From Azolla caroliniana (lineage: Eukaryota > Plantae > Polypodiophyta), in contig JBHGNT010000455.1 of NCBI GenBank assembly GCA_043228905.1, positions 1-24,503 on the forward strand: a stretch of DNA of 24,503 nucleotides. The letters run 5' to 3'. Every line of letters begins with the position of its first letter. Within the stretch, counting starts at the first letter, position 1. Made by a program: the position numbers and the translations under genes. Under the pieces are notes generated by a model. That model saw nothing but the letters and a program-made list of their open reading frames with translations. It was not told the origin of the DNA and ran no database searches. Of this stretch, positions 1 to 10,307 are shown one piece after another.

Positions 1-4
1 AAAT

Positions 5-16
5 TGGTATAAGAGC
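5..16 (+). promoter_or_regulatory. Primer binding site (tRNA-iMet) of the outer element
   Basis: TGGTATAAGAGC, one mismatch from the canonical TGGTATCAGAGC, 14 nt before the gag ATG. Confidence 0.9.
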
Positions 17-30
17 AAACAACACAAGAA

Positions 31-1127
31 ATGGAAGAATCGTTCGGCGGCATGTTCAAGCTCACCGGCTCCAACTACTCAGTGTGGAAGTCGAAGAAAA
101 GGGATATGTTGGCGGTTAAAGATCTTTGGTTGCCGGTTCAGTTCGGGGACAAGAGACCGGATAAGATCGAAGCCACAATGTGGGAGGTGATGCACATGAA
201 GACGATGACATACATCCGGTGCTTCATGGACATGAGCATGTACAACAACTTCAATGAAGAGAGCAAGGCTCATGAACTCTAGGAGAAGATCAACATCATG
301 TTCCAGAACAAGAATGTCGTTAATCAGGTTTTGGTATTCCGAAAACTAGTGAGGCTCCGGTACCAGGACGGCTCTAGTATGGCGGAGCACATGAATGCCT
401 TCCAGGGGATGATACACCAAGCCACCTTGTTGGAAGTACCTCTTACCGATGAGGTACTCACATTACTCTTGCTCGGTTCCCTCCTGGATAGTTGGGAGAC
501 CCTAGTTGTCACGTTGGGCAATGCTAGGCCGAAAGGAAAATAGTTGTCCATAGCAACGGTAAAATCAAGCTTGCTAGATGAAGAAGCTTGCTGGAAGGAC
601 CGTGAGTCCGGAACCGATCCGAAGGCCTTGTTCATGGAAGAAGACCACAATCAGGGAAGAGGCCGATATCGGAGTCCCCAAAACCGGGACAAATCGGGGT
701 CGATGTCGAAGTCGAGAGGGAGGCCCACATGCTTCTATAATGGGGAAGCCAGGACCCTTCCAGAAGAACTGTTGGCATTTCCAGAAAGAGAAAGAAACCG
801 GCACTACCAATTCGAAGAAGAGTTCGGACCGAAATGGTTCGGACCGGACATGCCCGGATCAGAAAGGAACATCGGCAATCGTGACAAGTGAAGAGGAATT
901 GATGCTCATTACCGAGGAGAATGAGTTAAACCTTGTCGGCGACGAGGCAACGTGGGTTGTCAATTCTGGAGCGTCGTTCCACCTGACATCGGACCGGAAA
1001 TGTTTCTCATCCTGCAAAGTCGATGATCATGGTTGTGTCTAGATGGGGAATGAAGGTACATGCCGAATTATCGGCATAGGAGATGTATTGTTGACGACAT
1101 CAACCGGATACAAGTTGATGTTGAAGG
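31..1127 (+). pseudogene. Outer element gag-protease, 5' fragment, disrupted
   Basis: Collinear with the inner gag (KLTGSNYSVWKSK, LLLLGSLLDSWETLV). In-frame TAG at 280-282, 541-543 and 1040-1042, and a frameshift near 740 inside the zinc knuckle. The protease motif reads WVVNSGAS (catalytic D to N). Confidence 0.93.
1123..1127 (+). repeat. Left target-site duplication GAAGG of the inner element
   Basis: GAAGG immediately precedes TGTTGG at 1128; an identical copy is at 6827-6831. Confidence 0.95.
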
Positions 1128-1224
1128 TGTTGGGAGACAGGTCCCTTCGGATGGGAAGGGAGAAGAACATTGCCGATGAACAAACTCGGCCTAGGCCGAT
1201 AGGCCGAGGCCGAAACCAGATAAC

Positions 1225-1494
1225 GAGTACCCGGCTACGGAGAGCCGGATGATACAGACCCGGTGAAGACCGGATGAGGAGTACCTAGCTTCGGAGAGCC
1301 GGATGGTACAGACCCGGTGAAGACCGGATGAGGAGTACCCGGCTACGGAGAGCCAGATGGTACAGACCCGGTGAAGACCGGATGAGGAGTACCCGGCTAC
1401 AGAGAGCCGGATGGTACAGACCCGGTGAGAACCGGATGAGGAGTACTCAGCTACGGAGAGCCGGATGGTGCAGACCCGGTGAGAAACGGATGAA
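1225..1494 (+). repeat. 5 x 54-bp tandem array in U3 of the 5' LTR
   Basis: Unit GAGTACCCGGCTACGGAGAGCCGGATGGTACAGACCCGGTGAAGACCGGATGAG, starting at 1225, 1279, 1333, 1387 and 1441. Confidence 0.95.
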
Positions 1495-1567
1495 GAGACA
1501 TATTCGTAAATATGTTTCTGAGAGTCCATCATGGCTATATTTGTAAATAGCCGAAAAGTCATATTAG

Positions 1568-1575
1568 TATAAATA
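1568..1575 (+). promoter_or_regulatory. Putative LTR TATA box (TATAAATA)
   Basis: Lies downstream of the U3 repeats and upstream of the GA tract; conserved in all three LTRs of the window. Confidence 0.65.
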
Positions 1576-1948
1576 TGACTTAGGGCAAACTTTTAGTGGT
1601 TGTTGTCATTCTTGTTTTGCACGAGATTAGTGCGCGTAACAGTGTACAGAGAGAGAGAGAGAGAGAGAGATAGAGGTCGCTGCCTCATTTTGTAACCGCC
1701 GCTTGTGGCGAAGATTGTGAGCACGAGGTCGTTGCCTCTGTGAACTCACTATTGTACATTCTTACATAGTGACAGTTTGCAGCCAGTGGGCTGCCGTGGT
1801 TTTTTTCCCTAGTTTGGGGTTTTCCACGTAAACCTCCTGTGTACTCTTCTCTTCTTTGTGTCGTTTATTATTTCCCGTTTTCTGTGTATGATTCTAAGCT
1901 CGGTTGTGGCCGAGCGTTGCGGATAAGGAGCGTTGAGTTCGCGACAAG

Positions 1949-1959
1949 TGGTATCAGAG
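1949..1959 (+). promoter_or_regulatory. Primer binding site (tRNA-iMet) of the inner element
   Basis: TGGTATCAGAG, 2 nt after the terminal CA of the LTR. Confidence 0.95.
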
Positions 1960-1975
1960 TGAAACGACACAGAAA

Positions 1976-4900
1976 ATGGACGAATCGTTTGGCGGCATGT
2001 TCAACCTCACCGGCTCCAACTATTCAGTGTGGAAGTCAAAGATGAGGGACATGCTCGTGGTTAAAGACCTCTGGCTGCCAGTTCAGTTCGGGGACAAGAG
2101 ACCGGACAAAATCGACGCCGCGATATGGGAGGTGATGCACATGAAGACAACGGCGTACATACGATGCTTCATCAACATGAGCCTGTACAACAACTTCAAT
2201 GAAGAGAGCAAGGCTCATGAGCTCTGGGAGAAGATCGACATAATGTTTCAAAACAAAAATGTTGTTAATCCGGTTTCGGTATTCCGGAAGCTAGTAAGAC
2301 TCCGGTACCAAGATGGCTCCAGCATGGCGGAGCCCATGAATGCCTTCCAGGGGCTGATACACCAGGCAACATCATTGGAAGTACCTCTCGCCGACGAGGT
2401 ACTAGCACTACTCCTGCTCGGTTCCCTCCCGGATAGCTGGGAGACGTTGGTCGTCACTTTGGGCAACGCCGGGCCGGAAGGAAAACGGTTATCCCTAGCA
2501 AGAGTGAAGTCGAGCTTGCTGGATGAGGAGGCGCGTCAGAAATATAAGGATACGAGCTCCGACTCCAAAGCGCTCCTTACCGAATCAGAACGCGGAAGAC
2601 ACAGAAACCGTAGTCCCCAGAACTGGGAGAAGTCGGGGACACGGTCAAAGTCAAGGGGGAGGCCTACTTGCTTCTATTGCGGCAAGCCGGAACACTTCCA
2701 GAAGAACTGTCGGCACTTCCGTAAAGACAAGGAAACCGATGGGACCGATTCGAAGCGGACACCGGACCGGAACGGTAAAGACCGTAGGGGACCGGACCAG
2801 AAGGGAACAACGGCAATCGCGACAAGTGAAGAGGAGTTGATGCTCATCACCGAGGAGAGTGAGATAAACCTTGCCAACAACGAGATGACCTGGGTGGTAG
2901 ACTCTGGAGCGTCATTCCACCTTACCCCGGACCGGAAATGCTTCTCATCCTACTCAGCCGGTGATCACGGCTGTGTCCGGATGGGGAATGAAGGTACATG
3001 CCAAATTGTTGGCATAGGAGACGTGTGGCTGTCGACACCAACTGGATGCAAGTTGCTGCTGAAGGATGTCCGACACGTTCTGGAGGTTCGACTGAACCTG
3101 ATATCAGCCGGTCGGCTAGATGATGAGGGCTACACGGGTAGCATCCGGAACGGTGTCATGAAGTTCAGCAAAGGGAGCCTGATTGTGGCTCAAGCCCGGA
3201 AGGTAAACACCCTGTACCTGATGAATGCCCGATTATGTCCGGAAGAAGTGAACATGGCATCCGACATTGCCGGTGAGCTGTGGCACAAGAGGCTGTGTTA
3301 TATGAGCGAGAAGGGGATGAAGAGGCTTGCAGACGACAACCTCATTCCAGTGAAGAATGTACACTTAGAGAAGTGCACTGATTGTTTGGCCGGTAAGCAG
3401 AATCGGACCTCCTTCCGACCAAGGCCACTGATGCATCACTGGAGTTGGTGCATACGGATGTGTGTCAAGTAGACACGAAGTCACATGCCGGAGCGCAGTA
3501 CTTCGTGACGTTCATAGATGACCACAGCCGGAAGCTGTGGGCCACACCGTTCAAGACGAAGAATCAGGTGTTATCCGTCTTCAAAGAGCTCCACACGAGA
3601 GTGGAAAGAGAAACCGGCCGGAAGCTGAAGGCGGTTCGAGTAGATAACGGAGGAGAATACCGGGGGCAGTTCGAGGAGTACTGCCGCTCGAAGGGAATCC
3701 GGCTCGAATTTACCGTGCCGAAGACGCCGGAACTAAACGAGCTGGCCGAGAGGATGAACCGGACCATAATGGAGAGGGTCCGGAGTATGCTAGCGCATGC
3801 AAAACTACCCAAGAAGTTTTGGGCTGAGGCATTGTCGACGGCGACATACGTGATAAACAAATCACCCTCAGTACCCTTGGACGGAGACACGCCACAGAGA
3901 GTTTGGACCGGTAAGGAAGTGTCCTACTGGCATCTAAACGTGTTCGGGTGTCTCGTGTACGTGCATGTAGCTAAGGACCGGAGAGGAAAGTTAGATCCAA
4001 AGACCCGGCCATGCATATTCCTCGGTTACGGCGACGATGAGTTCGGCTACCGAGTGTGGGACCCGGTCGACAAGAAGGTATTCCGGAGTCGAGATATTAT
4101 CTTCATGGAGGACAAGACGCTCGTTGACTGGGAGTCGGGGAAGAAGATAATGAACTCCGAGTCGACCGATAAGGATAGAATCTACAATGAACAGACCCAA
4201 CCGGCAAGAGACCGGTTAGCACTCGAGGAGCCAGCCGGTTACGGTGAGGATATCGAACCGGCAGAAGAAGTAGAGGAAGTTGAAACCGGAACCGGCCAAG
4301 ACCCCGAGTCAGATTCGGATGAAGAGCAAATGGAGGAGCTGGTTACCGAAGCCCGAAGACGGAGATGTCCTCTCAGAGAGAGAAAGGCCCCCCAGAGATT
4401 TCCGGATGCAGAGCATGTTCTGCTGACCGATGAGGGGGAGCTGGAAAGCTTCGAAGAAGCGAAGGATGACACCCACAACCGAAAATGGTTAAGTGCCATG
4501 TAGGACGAGATGGATTCCCTACATGAGAACCATACGTACGAATTGGTGGAGTTGCCGAAAGGAAAGCGGGCACTCCGAAACAAGTGGGTGTACAAGTTGA
4601 AACCGGGAGATGCCAGCAACCCCCCAAGATACAAAGCCAGGATCGTGGTGAAGGGGTTCCAGTAGAAGAAGGGCGTGGACTTCGACGAGATATTTGCCCC
4701 GGTAGTAAAGATGACCTCCATCCGGACGGTGCTGAGTATAGCGGCAAGCATGGACCTCGAGGTAGAGCAGCTCGACGTGAAGACGACATTCCTTCACGGT
4801 GACCTCGAAGAGGAGATCTACATGCAGCAACCGGAATGATTCGTGGAGAAAGGGAAGGAGCACTTGGTTTGCCGGTTGAAGAAGAGCCTCTACGGGTTGA

Positions 4901-6001
4901 AGCAGGCCCCCCGGCAATGGTACCGGAAGTTCGACTCCTTCATGACCGATCAAGGCTACCACAAGACACAAGCCGATCACTGCATGTTTGTGAAGAAGTT
5001 CGAAGGAGGCGACTTCCTGATACTCCTTCTGTACGTGGATGACATGTTGATCGTCGGACGGGACCAAGTCAAAATACGGACGCTGAAGAAGGTTCTCAAC
5101 CAGACCTTCTCAATGAAAGACTTGAGTCCGGCAAGACAGATGCTGGTGATGCACATCATTCGGGACCGGTCAACGAAGCAATTATGGCTGTCACAGGAGA
5201 AGTACGTGACAAAGGTGCTTCACCGGTTCAACATGTCAGATGCGAAACCGGTCGGATCGACACTTCCGGCAAACTGCAAGTTATCCGGTAAGCAAAGCCC
5301 GAAGACGAAAGCAGAGAAGGCGGATATGATGAAGATTCCATATGCCTCTGCCGTCAGTTTGTATGCAATGGTTTGTACCAGATCGGATATAGGATACGCA
5401 GTCGGAGTCCTGAGCCGGTTTATGAGCAATCCCGGCAAGGAGCACTGGAATGCGGTCAAATGGATACTCCGGTATTTGAAGGGCACTTTAAATATGTCTC
5501 CGATTCGGCTCCGGAAAACCTCAACTTGACGGTTTCACCGATTCGAACATGTCGGCTTATGTGGATACCAGCCGGTCCACATCCGGGTATGTAATAACAT
5601 ATGCAGGGGGAGCTGTTTCGTGGCAGTCGAGGCTGCATAAGACGGTTGCGTTGTCAACCACGGAGGCGGAGTACATGGCGGTTGTGGAAGCTGGCAAGGA
5701 AATATTATGGATGAAGGACTTCATCGGAGAGCTCGGTATCCGACAAGATGAATACCGGCTCTATTGCGACAGTCAAAGTGCCATCCACCTTGCTAAGAAT
5801 GCGGCCTACCATTCCCGGACGAAGCATATCCAACGAAGGTATCACTGGATCCGGGAAAGAGTAGATGACCAGGAGTTCGCGCTGACGAAGATCCACACGG
5901 CCGAGAACGGGTCAGATATGCTAACCAAAGTGTTGATACTCGACAAGCTGGATGCATGCCGGAAGAGGATCGGACTGGTAAGACACCCCATGCCAGAGTG
6001 A
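1976..6001 (+). pseudogene. Inner element gag-pol polyprotein, disrupted (gag-PR part open for about 485 codons)
   Basis: Zinc knuckle CFYCGKPEHFQKNC; protease WVVDSGASFHL; integrase LWHKRL, VHTDVC, RVDNGGEY, LAERMNRT; RT QLDVKTTFLHG and LLYVDDML; RNase H STTEAEY, YCDSQSA, SDMLTK. Lesions: frameshift near 3433, TAG 4501, TAG 4663, TGA 4837, frameshift near 5496. Confidence 0.95.
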
Positions 6002-6009
6002 AGGGGGAG
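6000..6009 (+). promoter_or_regulatory. Polypurine tract of the inner element
   Basis: GAAGGGGGAG, overlapping the pol stop codon, 2 nt before the 3' LTR. Confidence 0.92.
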
Positions 6010-6011
6010 TT

Positions 6012-6517
6012 TGTTGGGAGACAGGTCCCTCCGGATGGGAAGGGAGAAGAACATTGCCGATGAACAAACTCGGCCTAGGCTGATAGGCCGAGGCCGAAAT
6101 CAGATAATGAGTACCCGACTACGGAGAGTCGAATGATACAGACCCGGTGAAGAACGGATGAGGAGTACCCAGCTTCGGAGAGCCGGATGGTACAGACCCG
6201 ATGAAGACCGGATGAGGAGTACCCGGCTACGGAGAGCCGGATGGTACAGACCGGATGAAGAGTACCCGGCTACGGAGAGCCGGATGGTATAGACCCGGTG
6301 AGAACCGGATGAGGAGTACTCGGCTACGGAGAGCCGGATGGTGCAGACCCAGTGAGAACCGGATGAAGAGACATATTTGTAAATATGTTTCTGAGAGTCC
6401 ATCATGGCTATATTTGTAAATAGCCGAAAAGTCATATTAGTATAAATATGACTTAGGGCAAACTTTTAGTGGTTGTTGTCATTCTTGTTTTGCACGAGAT
6501 TAGTGCGCGTAACAGTG

Positions 6518-6556
<39 letters not shown>

Positions 6557-6826
6557 GTCATTGCCTCAGTTGTAACCGCCGCCTGTGGCGAAGATTGTGA
6601 GCACGAGGTCGTTGCCTTCGTGAACTCACTGTTGTACATTCTTACATAGTGACAGTTTGCAGCCAGTGGGCTGCCGTGGTTTTTTTCCCTAGTTTGGGGT
6701 TTTCCATGTAAACCTCCTGTGTACTCTTCTCTTCTTTGTGTCGTTTATTATTTCCCGTTTTCTGTGTATGATTCTAAGCTCGGTTGTGGCCGAGCATTGC
6801 GGATAAGGAGCGTTGAGTTCACGACA
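6012..6826 (+). repeat. 3' LTR of the inner element (815 bp)
   Basis: TGTTGGGAGACAGG...GTTCACGACA; differs from the 5' LTR by about 28 substitutions (manual count), an 11-bp deletion, a 1-bp deletion and +8 bp in the GA tract. Confidence 0.96.
6109..6367 (+). repeat. 5 x 54-bp tandem array in the 3' LTR (third unit shortened to 43 bp)
   Basis: Units start at 6109, 6163, 6217, 6260 and 6314. Confidence 0.93.
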
Positions 6827-6831
6827 GAAGG
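6827..6831 (+). repeat. Right target-site duplication GAAGG
   Basis: Follows the terminal CA of the LTR and matches 1123-1127. Confidence 0.95.
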
Positions 6832-9737
6832 ATGTTCGACACGTTCCGGAGGTTCGGCTGAACCTGATATCAGCCGGTCGACTGGATGATGAAGGCTACA
6901 CTACATAGGTAGCATCCAGAACGGAGTGATGAAGTTCAGCAAAGGGAGCCTAATAGTGGCTCGAGCCCAGAAGGTCAACACACTGTACTTAATGCATGCC
7001 TGGATATTCTGGGAAGAAGTGAACGTAGCATCCGACATTGCCGATGAGCTATGGCACAAAAAACTGTGTCACATGAGTGAGAAGGGGATGAAGAGACTTG
7101 CCGAAGGCAATCTCATTCCGGTGAAGGACGTGCACCGATTGCTTGGCCGGCAAGCAAAACCGAACCTCCTTCTGGTCAAGACCACTAATGAGACGGAATG
7201 CACCACTAGAACTAGTGCATACGGATGTGTATCAAGTGGACACGAAGTCACATGCCGGATCGCAGTACTTCGTGACGTTCATAGATGACCACTGCCAGAA
7301 GTTGTGGGTCTCATCGTTGAAGACGAAGGATCAAGGGTTATCTGTCTTCAAGGAGCTCCAGGCGAGAGTGGATCTGAAGGCGGTTAGAGCGGACAACGGA
7401 GGAGAATACCGGGGGTAGTTCGAGGAGTACTGCCGGTCGAAGGGAATCCAGCTCGAATTCACCGTGCCGAAGACGCCGGAATTGAACGGGCTGTCCGGAG
7501 CATGCTAGCACATGCAAAGTTACCCAAGACGTTTTGGGCTGAGGCGTTGACGACAACCGCCTATGTGATAAACAGATCGCCCTTAGTACCCTTGAACAGA
7601 GACTCACCATAGAAAGTATGGACCGGTAAGGACGTATCTTACCAGCATCTGAAGGTGTTTGGGTGTCTCACTTACGTACATGTGGCAAAGGACAAGAGAG
7701 CAAAGCTGGATCCGAAGTCCTGGCCATGCATATTCCTTGGATACAGTGATGATGAGTTCGGTTACCGGGTGTGGGATTTGGTCGACAAGAAGGTGTTCGG
7801 GAGTCGGGACATAGTCTTCATGGAAGACAGGACCATTGTCGACTGGGAGTTGGAGAAGAAGATGATGAACTCCGGATCATCCAATGAAAACTGGTTAGAG
7901 GACACAAGGACCTACCCGGTTGAAAACCGGATGCCAGCCGGTAACCGGATGAACTCGATGAACCGGCCGGATACAAACAAGAAACAAAACTGGCCAAAGA
8001 AGAAGAAGAAGACACCGGAACCGGACAAGATCCCGAATCGAATTCAGATTCGGAACAAACGGAGGAACCGATAGTCAGAAACCAAGGACGGAGATATCCT
8101 CTCTGAGAGACAAGAGCCCCCTGGAGATTTCCATATGCAGAGCATGTGTTGCTAATCAATGAGGGGGAACCGGAAAGCTTCGAAGAAGTAAAGAGAGACA
8201 CCCACAGCCGCAAGTGGTTGAGTGCCATGCAGGATGAGATGGATTCCCTACAAGAGAACCACACATATGAATTGACAGAGTTGTCGAAAGGGAAGAGAGT
8301 CGGGAGACTCCGGAACAAGTGGGTGTACAAGAAAAAACCGGGAGATGTCGGAAACCCACCAAGATACAAAGCCCGGATCGTGGTGAAGGGCTTCAAGCAG
8401 GAAAAGGGAGTGGACTTCGATGAGATCTTTGCCCCGGTAGTAAAGATGACATCCATCTGGACAGTATTGGGCATAGCGGCAAGCATGGACCTCGAGGTAG
8501 AGCAGCTAGATGTCAAGACGGCATTCCTACATGGCAACCTCGAAAAAGAGATCTACATGCATCAACCGGAAGGATTCGAGAAGAAAGGGAAGGAGCACCT
8601 GGTGTGCCGGCTGAAGAAGAGCTTATATGGACTGAAGCAAGCTCCCCGGCAATGGTACTGGAAGTTTGACTCCTTCATGACCGATCAAGGGTACCACAAG
8701 ACACAGGCCGATCACTACGCGTTTGTGAAGAAATTTTACGGAGGAGATTTCCTTATACTCCTCTTATATGTGGATGATATGTTGATTGTCGGACGAGACC
8801 AAGGCAAGATTCGGATGCTGAAGAAGGCTTTGAACCGAACCTTCTCAATGAAAGACTTGGGTTCGGCAAGACAAATATTGGGAATGCACATCATCCGGGA
8901 CCGGTCGAAGAAGTTGTTGTGGTTGTCACAGGAGAAGTACATGACAAAGGTGTTTCAACGGTTCAACATGTCGGAGGCAAACCCAGTCGGATCGACAGTT
9001 CTAGCAAATTGCAAGCTATCCGGAAAACAAAGCCCGACCACAAAGGCAGAGAAGACAGATATGATGAAGATACCATATGCCTCTGCCGTTGGAAGCTTGA
9101 TGTACGCGATGGTATGTACCCGGCGGATATCGGATATGCAGTCGGAGTGGTGAGCCGATACATGAGCAATCCCGGAAGAGAGCACTAGAACACAATCAAG
9201 TAGATACTCTGGTATCTGAAAGGCACCTTGAGTATGTGCCTCCAGTTCGGCTCTGGTAATCCCCAACATGACGGATTCACGGATTTGGATATGTCGGCTG
9301 ATGTGGATACCAACCGGTCTACATCCGGATATGTCATGGCAGGGGGAGTTGTTTCGTGGCAGTCGAGGCTATAGAAGACGGTTGCGTTGTCAACCACGGA
9401 AGCGGAGTACATGGCAGTTGTGGAAGCCGGCAAGGAGATAATTTGGATGAAGGACTTCATCGGAGAGCTAGGGATCCAACAGGAGGAATACCGGCTCTAC
9501 TGCGATAGTCAAAGTGTCATCCACCTTGCAAAGAACGCGGCCTTCCATTCCCGAACGAAACATATCCAGTGGAGGTACCACTGGATCTGGGAGAGAGTGG
9601 AAGATCAAGAGTTCGTGCTGACGAAGATCCACACGGAAGAGAACAGGTCGGATATGTTGACCAAGGTGTTGACAACCGACAAGTTAGATGCATGCCGAAA
9701 GCGGATCGGGCTGGCGAGACATCCCATGCTGGAGTGA
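6832..9737 (+). pseudogene. Outer element pol, 3' fragment (IN-RT-RNaseH), heavily disrupted
   Basis: LWHKKLCHMSE, LELVHTDV, RADNGGEY, QLDVKTAFLHG, LLYVDDML, STTEAEY, SDMLTK; several deletions relative to the inner copy (near 7135, 7372, 7493), plus stops and frameshifts. Confidence 0.94.
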
Positions 9738-9746
9738 AGGGGGAGA
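9736..9746 (+). promoter_or_regulatory. Polypurine tract of the outer element
   Basis: GAAGGGGGAGA, directly before T-TGTTGGG. Confidence 0.9.
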
Positions 9747-9747
9747 T

Positions 9748-9987
9748 TGTTGGGAAATCGGTCCCTCCTGATGGGATCCGGTTATGAATGAAGAGGACCC
9801 GGTGAGAACCGGAAGAGACCCGGAAACTGGATCGAATGGACCTGATGAGAACCAGAAGAGAAGACATATTTGTAAATATGTTTTGAGTAAGCCTATTGAG
9901 GCTATATTTGTAAATAGCCCTAAGTTCATATAAGTATAAATATGACTTAGGCCAAACACTTTATAGCGTGTGTTGTAGTGGTTGTTG

Positions 9988-10027
<40 letters not shown>

Positions 10028-10307
10028 CAGAGCGATACTCTATTGTAACCACCGGTTGGCGAAGATACAGAGCTCGAGGTCGTCTCCGAGTCTCTGTTTG
10101 TACCTTTCTCCTATAGTGATAGTTGGAGTCTGTGGGCTCCCGTGGTTATTCCCATTTAGGGTTTTCCATGTAAACATCTTGTGTACCCTCTATTGTTTGT
10201 GTGTGTGTACGTGCGTTCACTCCCTACTTCCCATTTCTGTGTTTGATTTTCATTGAAGTGATTCAAGACTCGGCTATGGCTGAGCAATATTCCGCATTAT
10301 TTCATCA
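9748..10307 (+). repeat. 3' LTR of the outer element (about 560 bp; right end approximate)
   Basis: Starts TGTTGGGA after the PPT. Shares ACATATTTGTAAATATG, GGCTATATTTGTAAATAGCC, TATAAATATGACTTAGG, the GA tract and GGGTTTTCCATGTAAAC with the inner LTRs. Ends TTTCATCA, an imperfect inverse of TGTTGGGA. Confidence 0.82.

Larger units (their letters stand above)
1128..1946 (+). repeat. 5' LTR of the inner element (819 bp)
   Basis: TGTTGGGAGACAGG...GTTCGCGACA; direct repeat of 6012-6826; followed 2 nt later by the PBS. Confidence 0.96.
1128..6826 (+). mobile_element. Inner full-length Ty1/copia LTR retrotransposon (5699 bp, Tto1/Tork-like), nested in the same orientation
   Basis: Two near-identical TG...CA LTRs, PBS, PPT, a 5-bp TSD and gag-PR-IN-RT-RH order. 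Confidence 0.97.
1..10307 (+). mobile_element. Outer Ty1/copia LTR retrotransposon (Tto1/Tork-like), decayed; 5' LTR lies upstream of the window; interrupted by the nested element at 1128-6826
   Basis: PBS at 5-16, gag ATG at 31, domain order gag-PR-IN-RT-RNaseH, PPT at 9736-9746, 3' LTR starting TGTTGGG at 9748. Removing 1128-6831 restores the frame (LK|DVRHVPEVRLNLISAGRLDDEGY). Confidence 0.95.

Noticed and set aside
1123-1133. The TSD GAAGG resembles the start of the PPT, suggesting a recombinant junction
   Set aside because: GAAGG is native coding sequence (TTG AAG GAT) and is duplicated on both sides, as expected for normal integration.
1043-1252. Chimeric ORF reading from the outer protease region into the inner LTR
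   Set aside because: An incidental junction product downstream of several stop codons.
1225-1494. CRISPR-like appearance of the regular repeats
   Set aside because: The units are head-to-tail with no unique spacers, sit inside a eukaryotic LTR, and there are no cas genes.
1191-1562. Antisense 123-aa ORF with 18-aa repeats in the LTR (and sense ORF 1328-1546)
   Set aside because: A by-product of a stop-free 54-bp repeat. The 3' LTR copy is frameshifted by an 11-bp deletion and there is no recognisable domain.
3420-3450. Possible programmed frameshift between ORFs 1976-3472 and 3445-4503
   Set aside because: The outer copy is continuous here (RPLMRRNAPLELVHTD); the inner copy simply has a 10-bp deletion.
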